This document shows positions 1 to 12,000 of a stretch of 64,000 nucleotides of DNA, piece after piece (the stretch's first letter is position 1; every line of letters begins with the position of its first letter). A program made the position numbers and the translations under genes. The notes under the pieces are model-generated. The model was given only the letters and a program-made list of their open reading frames with translations, was not told where the DNA came from and made no database searches. Source of the DNA: Nanobdellota archaeon (GTDB lineage: Archaea > Nanobdellota > Nanobdellia > Pacearchaeales > JAHJTO01); NCBI GenBank assembly GCA_042572295.1, contig JBHPFA010000003.1, positions 45,802 through 109,801 on the forward strand, read 5' to 3'.

Positions 1-3000
1 TTATTGTATCTATATTGAAAGTTACTGAACTTGTTCCAATATTATTCAAGCTATCATTAGTATAGGCAATCAAAGTACTGCTTCCTTCTGCAAATGTTCT
101 GTAAACTGCACTAGTATAGGTTTCATTTGCAGTTCCATTGAAGAACCAAGTATAATCTCCACCACTAGTTAAGTTTACCAAAATTGTTGCATTGTTATAA
201 CTCTGATTAATTGGAGAATTAATTACAATACTTGGTGCTGAAGTATCAATATTGAAAACTACTATATCTGTTCCTACATTGTTAAAGCTATCATTAGAAT
301 AGGCAATTATAGTATTGCTACTTTCATTGAAAGTTCTATAAACTGCTCCAGTATAAGTTTCATTCTCAGTTCCATTGAAGAACCAAGTGTAATCTCCATC
401 ACTAGATATATTCACTAATTGAGTTACATTACTATAAGTCTGATTCAGTGGAACAATAATATTTACAGTTGGAGGTGTTGTGTCTGCATTGAACACTACA
501 GTGTCTGTTCCTATATTGTTCAAGGTGTCATTAGCATATGCAATTAAGGTATTGCTTCCTTCTGCAAATGTTCTGTAAACAGGAGTCGTGTAAGTTTCAT
601 TTTCAGTTCCATTAAAGAACCATATTGTATCAACCCCTCCACCATTTGTTGCAGTGATATTTACAAATACTGTCCTATTTCCATAAGATTGGTTCAATGG
701 ACTATGTACAGTTACAGTTGGAGCATTTGTATCTATACTAAATGTTACTGAAGTGGAATTCAAATTCGCAGCTGAATCATTAGCATAGAAGATGTAAGTG
801 TGTGAACCTTCACTTACAGTTTCATAAACTTCGCCAGTATAAGTTACATTAGCAGTTTCATTAAAGTACCACAGACCAGTATAACTATCAGCAGTGAAGT
901 TAATCAAGACTGTTGCATTATTGTAAGTCTGGTTCAATGGACTATAAACTGTCAAGATTGGGGCAACTGCATCTACAAAGAAAGTTACAGAGGTTGTGTT
1001 TAAGTTTCCTGCAGAATCATTGCTATAAGCAAAGATTGTGTGGCTTCCATCTGTAAAGTTCTGATAAGTCTCTGCAGTATAAGTCAGGTTAGCACTTCCA
1101 TTGAAATACCAAGTATTCAAACCATCACTACTTATGTTTATCAACAATTCTGTAGTCGCATAAGAAGTGTTTTGTGGACTTATGAAAGCAACATAAGGTT
1201 CTGTAACATCAAATGTTACAGTTCTTGTTTCTGTTTGATTAACATTTCCAAAAGTATCATTAACAGTTGCATTGAAGGAATAATCTCCTTCACTTAATCC
1301 TGTAAAGTTAATGTAAAGTGGAGATGTTTGACTAGTTGTAGTATTTATCAGATCTAAACTTGAATTATACAATTTCAAAGTGATAGTATCTAATGCTGAA
1401 TCTGAAGCTGTTGCATTAACTGCAACATTTAATTGACTTAGATTAGATCCATCATTAGGAGTTGGATCTACAAATTCAATTAATGGATTTGTTGTGTCAA
1501 TGCTGAATGTAACACTAGTGGAATTCTCATTCCCAACAGTATCATTTGCATAAGCATAGATTGTGCTACTTCCTTCTGCAAATGTTCTGTAAACTGGAAC
1601 AGTATAAGTTTCATTTGCAGTTCCATTGAAGAACCATAAATTATCTCCGTCACTTGAAATGTTTACTAAGATTGTTGCATTGCTATAAGAAGTGTTTTGT
1701 GGACTTATGAAAGCAACTGTAGGGAAGATAGTATCTACAAAGAAAGTTACAGCTGTAGTATTCTCATTTCCAGAGGTGTCATTTGCATAAGCATAAAAAG
1801 TATTACTTCCCTCTGCAAAGTCTCTATAAACTGGAACAGTATAAGTTTCATTTCCAGTTCCATTATTAAACCAAATTGTATCGACAGATCCACCAATATC
1901 TGTAGCACTTAAGTTAACTAAAAGAGTTACATTGTTATATGTTTGATTAAGTGGAGAGTATACAATAACATTTGGATCAGTATTATCTACAGTTGCATTT
2001 ATGAAAACAGTATCATTTGTAGTTAGAGTATTATAGCCTGCTCCAGTACAAGTGACATTCCATTCAAATGTCCCATTACTTGAAAAGGTCCTGTTATACT
2101 CATACATAAGCTTGCTTACATTGTAACTCATTAAAGCACTTGAATCTGTGAAATTGATACTACAATTTGCACCAGTTACTGGTGTGCCACTACCTTTCTG
2201 AGTATAATCAGCAAAGAACAATGTTTGATTACCCACATATCTTGTTTGATTTGCATATAGCATGTCTACATCAGTTTCATCCCAAATCTGCAACTCTGAA
2301 TTTCCTTCAGTTACAAAACTTGTAAAGTGAGATACATTAAACACTGCAGTATTTGTTCCAGTATCGTAACTTACATTTGAACAAACCGTAGGAGGACACA
2401 AAACTCCATCCATATATACAAGAGGCACAGCATCCCAAGTCAGATTCCTCAGAGTAATTGTCGCAGTACTATTGAAAGAGCTATGAAGCCCATCAGTAAT
2501 AACTGTTGCATTATTATAATCTAAGAATACATTAACATTAAAGTCTGCAGCTTCTGCATTTACACAATCAAGCCACCTAATCTGATCAGTACCAGGATTA
2601 TCTAACACTGCAGTACCATTACATACATTTGTAATATCTGGAACTGATTCCCAATCAGTTGTGTTTCCTACAAAATAACTCTCATTATATACTGGATCTG
2701 CAGTGATATTTACAGTAAGGAAGTAAGTATCACTTGAATTTGAAGACCCAACAGTGTTATGGGAAGTACAACTCCAATTATATTGACCATTACTTAATTC
2801 ATTTATGTAGAATATCGAATTATTCTCTGCCCCACTTACATTTTGACTTTGATTCAATAATTCTCCAAAGTAGAAATCTATCTTTTCCAAATTAGTATCA
2901 GTAGCTGAACAATTGAAAGTCACATTTCCATCTACATCAACTGAATTATTCCAAGGACTATTCAAAGTTATTGTAGGGAATGCAACAGTAACTACAAAAT

Positions 3001-6000
3001 CAACAACAGTCATATTCTCATTTCCAGCACTGTCATTTACATAAGCAGTTAGTGTATTATTACCTAGACTGAATATTCTATAAACAGGGTCTGTATAGGT
3101 CTCATTATCAGTTCCATTATAGAACCAAATGGTATCCACACCACTTACAGCATCACTTCCTGTCAAATTCACCAAGACTGTAGCATTGTTATAAGTAGTA
3201 TTCTCAGGTGAATTAATAACAACTAATGGATTAACATGATCTAGATAAATCGTTCTAGTTTCAGTCGAATCTGAATTTGTTGCATTATCATTTGCCAAGG
3301 CCTGCAAGTTATAAGTTTCATCAGGCAATCCAGAGAAGTTCAAATAGAAAGGTGAAGTTAATGAACTGTTCAAACTAATCAATCCTGAAGAGTTATAAAA
3401 ATACACATCAATACTTTCAAGATTATCATCTGAAGCGGTAACATTTGCTAAGATATAATCTTGTACATATGCTCCTGATTCAGTTGTTGGAGCTACAAAT
3501 TGAACTGAAGGATCTACAGTATCAAGTTCTATACTATAATTACCTTCTTCACTCCAACTAAACAATCCTCCAATATCTGCACCTAAACAATTCCACTCAA
3601 ATGATGCATCATAAGGCAATGTAAATTGCCAAGATGTTTCATTTTCAGTTCCACTTAAATCAGTAGTATTTGAATAAATCCCAGCAGTTGCATTCCATAA
3701 ATATAACGTCAGATTAGTAACTCCTACATTAGTAATATTACAAGTGAAAGTCTGACTTGCAGTCTTGGTAACTGTATTATCTGCAGGACTTATTAAATGC
3801 ACTACTGGAGCATTTGAATCAACAAAAAATGTGACGCTAGTAGTATTCTCATTTCCAACACTATCATTCGCATAAGCATAAAGAGTGGTACTCCCTTCAC
3901 TAAAGGTCCTATATGCTGGAGTTGTGTAAGTTTCATTTGCAGTTCCATTATTGAACCAAATAGCCTCTCCATTACTTGTTAGATTTACAAGTATTGTTGC
4001 ATTATTATAAGAGCTATTAGCTGGAGAAACAATTGCAATACTTGGTGCAGTAGTATCTACTGCAAATGTAACTAAACTACTATTCTCATTTCCAGCGCTG
4101 TCATTTGCGTAAGCATAGAATGTATTACTTCCTTCACTAAATGTTCTATAAACTGAATTTGTATAAGTTTCATTTCCAGTTCCATTATTGAACCAGATAG
4201 TATCTACACCTGTAAGAGCATCACTGGCACTTAGATTGACCAACACTGTAGCATTTGCATAACTCTGATTCAATGGAGAATAGATTGTAACTAAAGGTAA
4301 GGTATTATCAACTGTAAAGCTTCCAGAAGTTCCTGAAGATGAAAAGCCTTCTGCAGTTTCATTTTCATAAACTGTTACTCTAATGATATACTGTCCATCA
4401 GTGTAATTAGAAGTATCCCATTCATAAGATGTAGAAGTAATATCTCCATATTCTGTTACAAGAGTTGAATTCAAAGATAGATTTGTATTCAACAAAGTGA
4501 TATTAAACCTCACACTATCTCCTTCCCCATCTAAAATAGTATTCCAAGTAATGTTTGTTAACCCCTTTAATAAAGAGCTAGTTGCAGGAGTAATAATTTG
4601 TGGTTGTGATGGAACAGTGTTTGATGTTATTATATTAAAAGTAGTTGTTTCAGAATCATTGATGAATCCCACACTATCATTTACAAAGAAAGTTACATTA
4701 AACTGTCCAGTTTCAGAAGTTTGATTAAATATCCCAAAGCAAAAGTTCTGTCCATCAGTCAAAAATGAATCCACAGTTACATTAATAATACCATAATTAC
4801 TTTCTGGATATACGTGTACATGTTGAACTACTTCTGAATCTGGCACAACTAGTGAAGAGATTCCAGATATCCAACTATTATTAGTGTTATTCCAATAATA
4901 TAAATCATAAATTGAAGTTCCTTCGGAAACATTTGTCCTTTTAATTCTCAATTTTCCATAAGTATCTGTTGTCGGAATAAGACTTATTCCCACTAAACCA
5001 GAACCATTAACTGCTCCAAATACATATTCTAAATCTCCACCAATTTTTTTATGGATGTTAGCAAATATTCTTACACCAGCACTTAGTAAGCTTTCTTCAT
5101 TATTTGACCTAAGTACTAAATAAGTATCCTCTCCAAAGTGAGTTATATTAAAAGTAATATTCATATCATAATCTCCATATGTCTTTTTGAGACTACTCAA
5201 CCCACAAGAAGTAGAACTAACCACATCCACCCCTCCTATTTGTAAGAATGCCTTTCCTCCAACAGTATTATTTATATCTGCATAACAATTTTGTCCAGAA
5301 GCAACTGAATCATTTCTAAACTCCCAGTTTGTTCCAAGAGTATTATTATCAAATTCATCATTTTGTAATACTTTACTAAACCCATTAGTTATATAACTAG
5401 TACCATTGGGAGAAGTGATATTTGCTTCAGTGTAAGAAAGTGGAGATATATCTGTGCTGTTAAGGATAAAGGACACTTCATGATTTTGTGCAATAGTATG
5501 ATTTAGGGGATAAATTACTATCACTTGTGGAGCATTATTATCAATTGTAAAGTTTCCATCAAGTGTTTCTGTTGCTGATAATCTTTCTACACTTTCATTC
5601 TCAAATACGGTTATTTGAATCCCATAGACTCCATCTGCTTGAGTACTAGAATCCCATTCATAGTAAGTAGTATTAATATCTCCATAATTACTTACAATTT
5701 CTGCATAATCAGTTCCATTCGGATAAAGTAAAGTGATGTTAAACCGAACATTATCATTTTCATCGTCAACTATTTGTATCCAGGAAATATTAGTTAAGCC
5801 ACTGATTATATTGCCGGCATCGGGCTCAGATATAAATGGTCTGGAAGGCACATCATTGACTTCTTCAATTTCAAACAAAGCACTTTCAGTATCATTAACA
5901 TATCCTAAGGTGTCATTTGCAATAATTCTGACTGAATAATTTCCAACCTCACCTGTCTGATTAAATAGGGCATAAGTAAAATTATCTCCTGATATTTGGA

Positions 6001-9000
6001 AATCATCAAAAGTAACATTTACGGAGCCAAAACCAGCACCAATTGAATAAGTTAATAATTGCATGAATTGTGTTCTTGTGCTTCCTGGAATAGGTATATC
6101 TCCAAAATTACTTTCTACCCACCCACTTCCTGTATTGTTCCAATAATACAAATTAATAGTTGGTGTTCCAGTTGTAGTCATGTTGAATCTTTTAAATCTA
6201 AGTTTTCCTGTTGTATCTATTGTAGGGACTGTTTGTTGATATGTGGACGATCCGTTATTAAATCCAAATACGTAATTTGTAACTCCTGAAATTTTTTGTA
6301 CATCAACAAAAAATCTTAAACCTACAAACTGAGTATTGTCAACACTATTTGACCTAAAGCTGAAGATTCCATCCTCTCCCAAAGTAGTTATATTGAAACT
6401 TACATTTACATCAAAATTTCCTACCATTCTTTTAATGCTATTATAACCGCAATGAGCTTCAGTTTGTACTGCGCCTGCATCAAGAGAAATTATCATTTTA
6501 CCAGGAACATCATTACTAACATCTGCATAACAAGTCTGTCCTGTTCCAGTAATATTCGTTAGGACCCAATTTGTTCCTTCTGTGTCTGTTTCAAAATTAT
6601 CACTTGTTAACCCATATCCAAATTCAGAAACAATAACTGAAGTTAGATCAGGTAATGTTACATTTGCTAAGATAGTATCCACTCCTGAAAAGTCAGTCAC
6701 ATTCACTGTTATGTCAACCTCTTTACCATCATCATGATAATGTCCTGGATGAGAGAATCCCCAAGGATGAAGTAAGATTACGGATGGAGGTGTAGTATCT
6801 CCAACATAGAAAGTCACACTAGTGGAATTGAAGTTTCCAGCAGTATCATTGACATAAGCATATATTGTGTTACTTCCTTCTGCAAATGTCCTATTAACAG
6901 GAACTGTATAAGTTTCATTTCCAGTTCCATTAAAGAACCAAATTGTACTAACACTTCCTAAAGAGTCTGTAGCACTTAGATTCACAAGTATTGTTGAAGT
7001 GTTATAAGTTTGATTAAGTGGACTTACAAAACTAACTTCTGGAAATGTTTTATCAACACTAAATGTAAGAGTATCTTGCGCAGACAACTCCCCCATTAAA
7101 CAAATAACTGACCAATTCTGATTAATTCCTTCTGAAATTCCAGTTACTTCAAAAGTAGTATTAACATTATTGAGAGTAGTTTCATTACTCTGATTATAAA
7201 CACTATTCAAATATAACGAACAATTTGCAGTGGGGAATAACTCACTAAGATATGAAAAAGTAAAATTGATATCTCCATCAGAATCATAATATCCATCAGC
7301 AGGAGATAACAAGTCTAATATTGGAGTTGTTAAAGTAAGACTAATTACTGAAGAATTTACATAATTTAATCCTTCGTCAATTGCCTCAACAACTAAGCTA
7401 TAATTAGTACTATTTCCTTCGAGAGTAAGAGCAGGGGATAAAGCAAAAGTTTCTTGAGTGCCATTGCTTAAAGTTCCATTATTCCCAATTGCATAAAGAG
7501 TCCCATTCCCATAATAAATATAAGTAGTATAATTTATTGATGAGTAAAGTTGATCAAATGCTAATAGAGTAATACTAGGAGTAGGGTCATTTATAATTGC
7601 CCCATAGGCTGGAGAAAGAACACTTATGTCAAGAATTTGACTAGTATTTACACTAAACACTATACTACTTTCCTCAATATTTCCTAAAGTATCATTTGCA
7701 TAAGCAAATAGAGTATTGCCCCCCTCATTAGCTGTTAAGTTAATTGCTCCATCACAATCAATTGAAGTATTAGCTCCAGAATTAAAAGAATACCAACAAG
7801 ATTGAGCATCATTAATAGTCTCTAAATCAAAAAGTACTGAAACAACATTATATGTTTTATTCTTTGGATTTACAATTGTAACTGTTGGCCCAGTATTATC
7901 TAACACAATAGTATGGGTGGTGTTGGTACAAAAAAGATCTGATGTTCCAAGTTCACAAACATCCAATAATAATTCATATGCCCCACTATTAACTTCTTCA
8001 CTCCAATAAAAACTAGAGTTAGATTGATTCATATCTGAAACAAGAACAGATACAAAAGACCCATTTTGATAAAGGTATAATGTGGAATTTACATTATTGT
8101 CATCCCCTACTGAAAATGTGATATTGTAAGGCTGTTTAAAAGTTTCATTATTTCCTGGAGAGATTATATCTACAATAGGTGGATAATTCTGAACAGTAAT
8201 TGCCCAAGTAACATTTCCTTCAGTGGAATTTTCATTTCCACCAGTAGCATTAGTCCATAAACTATACATGAAAGCTGTAGGATCTGCACCATTATAGAAC
8301 CAATTTATATTCAATTCAGTTTCATAACCATCTGCTAGATTATTCCAAGTACTTGCAGAATCATTAGAATATTCCCAATGAGTAGTGTAGCCTCCAGCAG
8401 TTGCTTTATAAGTTTTAATTTGATAATTCCTACTCTCTACAATCTCATCTGTCTTAAGGATTATATACTTCACATCTCCAAATTGACTTATTTGATATCC
8501 TGTAAGTACTCCCCTGAACTTTGTTCCATCATCTTGCAATTGTGCAGGCAGTTTTTCAGTAATCAAAACACATCCTGTAAACACATCAGGATCTCCTGTA
8601 ATGTAAGAACTATTACAAGCATAAGCTTGTAATGGGCTAGTAGGTTCATTTGGACTTGCAGAATAATTAACTCTAAAGTCCAATTTATATTGATCAGCAT
8701 CTAATGGAACCATAGATTGGTTTACACTAATTTTCAAAAAGTTGTCATTAGTGATTACTTGATCAGTCCCATTTTGCCATTTTACATCGGAAAAATTATA
8801 AAGGGCATCATACCACTTGAAAACATTTGGATTGTAGTGTTCATCAATTGTAATTAATAAATTAATAGAAGTATTTGAACCAGATTGCACCACAGTTATC
8901 CTATCTCCAGCATTTCCGGAAGTTCCATCATAAGTAGCTGTTTCAGTCCCATTGATAAACTGTATCCATTTATTAACAGTATTAGAATAATTATAACAAA

Positions 9001-12000
9001 TACTACTTTGTTTATTTCCTAGGCTACAACTACTTGTTCCTCCAGCAGTAAAATTAAGATACCAATCACTAATATTCCCAACAGCACCATAAGCATTTAA
9101 TGTAGCATTAATAACCATAAACTCAATTTCTTCAAGATTAGAAGAATTAAAACTATCTACCCTAACTTGAGCACTATCCAAACCATAAACCTCATTAACA
9201 GTTATTTCTACACGAGGAGGGATGAATGCTAATTGCAAGGTCCAATTTGAATCTGCCCAATCTGCTTGATTTACATTGTCATAAGCAAGACAATTCCAAG
9301 TATAATTTCCATTAGGAACACTTGTTAAGTTCCATTCACTTTCATTAAACAATCCACTAACAGAAGTAAGATTGGAATAATATTCTCCTGTAGAGTTCCA
9401 AACATATAATGTAAGATTTGATAATTCAGTATCTTCTGTCACATTACATCTGAAAGTTAAGTCTCCATCTGTATCAGTTGTATCATTTGCAGGACTCACC
9501 AAAGTAACGACTGGAGGATCATTTGGCTCTTGCACAGTTATTTGTGGTACAACATTGTAGGTATCTAAAGGTGCGATGGTGTCCTGAACTTGAAGATAAT
9601 AAGTTCCAGATTGTGAAAAATTCAAAGCAAAATCCCATTCTCCTTGATTTCCTGCAGCAACTTGCACCAAAGTTGCAGAAGGAAAAGACTCAATATAATG
9701 CTCTGTAGTGGTAGTCCCAGTCAATACCGTAGTTCCAGAAGCAGTTATCAAAGTTTGATCAACATGATCTAGATCATCCCAAAAACTAACATTTTCAGAA
9801 GTCGCTGTAACCTGAATCTCCTCACCAGCAAAAGCTCCAGTAAGACTATAATATATCTCCAATTCTTGATTTTTCCAAGCAAGACCTGCAGCCCCCACTC
9901 CTGCCCTTAAGTGTAAAGTATCTCCAACAGTTGCAGTATCATATGAGGCATTTTCATTTCCAATAGTTCCATCACTTGAACTCAACCACCAATAAGATTG
10001 CATAGTTGTCGATAAAGGAGCCAATAAACCAGCAACATTCATTGTCATATTCCTAGTTTCAGATATACTTGAGGAATTAGCATCATTAATACAAGAGATA
10101 TTCCAATAATATAAGTCATTTACCGTGAAATTTGCAGTAAACGATTGGTTGACGTCTTTTGATATAGTTGTATTCGTTATTGTGAAATTACCAGAGGATT
10201 CATCCTCCCCTACAATATTTAATGTACAACTTGTGATATTAGGAATCTCACTTGTAACATTATAAACAAAATCGACATATTGACTATCAATTTCAACATA
10301 TCCATCTGCAGGGGCAACTAAGGAAATTGTTGAGGCAAGATCTAAACCATTAACAAAGATATTATCAATATAACAGTGTTCATTTGGCAAATTAGAGATA
10401 CATACAAACCTTAATCTAAGATCTTCTTCATCATTTTCAGTAAAAGAATAATTATAATAAGTATAATCTGTAGGAGAAGTATTATTTGTAAGATTTTGCC
10501 AAGTAGAACCATCATACCATTCAACCCTCATATACTCTCCTCCATCCAAAGCAGCTGTTTTAATATAAAATGAGACATTTACAGCACTATACCCCGAACC
10601 ATTTATCAAAAAGTTTGCATATTCCTCTAATCCAGAATTACCAGTATACACTGCTGAATATGCCCCTACATAAGGTGATGAAGTAACTGCTTCCCATCCA
10701 AGGCTGCTTGTTTCCCAATCATCACTCTCGTTCAAATCAAAACCTGAAGAATAGGATTCAAACCCTTCAAAAATTGATCCATTTGTTTCTGCAAAACCAG
10801 GGTCAATTGAATCAATTTTAATATTATAACTTTCCCCTGCAGTGATTCCTGCCAAAGGTCTCCAATCCCCATAACATTCTTGTGTTGTAAAGTTCCAGTC
10901 TACACATTTCATCAACAAATTTCCTGATGAAGCAGTAGTTGTTACAGTGGCATTAACAAAGGCTAAATTAGTAGGATCAATTGAATAAGGGTTGACATAT
11001 CCTTCAATAGTTAGGTTATCTTTAATCTTTAACTCATCCTGTCCAGCTGAAGAATTGTGTCCATAAATAATAATCTCGGATATCGAACTGTTAAATATTT
11101 GTAATTTAACATTTTCTAATCCTGAACTATTTGAAAGTATCGTTTCATTATACTCAAGAAGAGTATCATTATTATCAATCAAAACTATACTATTGTTTGT
11201 CTCTAAATAACCTGGATCAACAGCAGTTAAATTCACAGTATAACTTTCTCCAGGAGTCAATTCTCTAACCCTCTTCCAATCACCATAACATTCTTGTGTA
11301 GAGGCATTCCATTCTATACATTTGAATAAATAATTACCTTGAGCAGTTGCATTCAATTCAGCATAATCAAAAGTAATGTTCTCAGGATCTACACTAAACA
11401 CAGAAGCAAACCCTCCCGAAGGAGACCTAACATTAAAGTTATGTTCAACAATCAAATCATGTCTATTTCCAGATTTATTATAGGAAAAGAACTTTAGTTT
11501 ATTAATCTTAAATCCTAAAAACTCATACTCAACATCAGAAACTTCTGCATCCTCATCAGTTATATTTTGATTATATTCAATAAGTTTGAAATTCTTATTA
11601 AACACTGCTAAAGAATTAGCAGTCTCTGCATAAGTTACCTTCTTCCTATCAGAAATATACTCATATTGTGAATCCTTAACTACATCCTTAACCTTTGTCC
11701 AATTCTTCCCAATACAAGTATTAGTTGTATCACTCCAATTTCCACATTCCAAAAGATGTTTTCCACTAGCAGTTTTCTTAAAATGGAAATCATCAAAAGA
11801 AATATTCTGAGCATTTATCTCAATTACCTCTTGGACTCTTGTATCATTAGTATCAGTGGAGCCATAGATAGCTATAACTTCTGTAATATTACTAGTAGTA
11901 TCTCTTCCATGGAAATCCATTACTTCAATAGGCAATAAAGGATCTGAAATATTCAATTCAACATCTTCAGTATTTCCAACGTGATTAGCTATTGATTCTG

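Noticed and set aside
1040-11938. Short plus-strand ORFs in the track (60-85 aa)
   Set aside because: Antisense shadows of the >4266-aa minus-strand gene; no motifs, promoters or SD.
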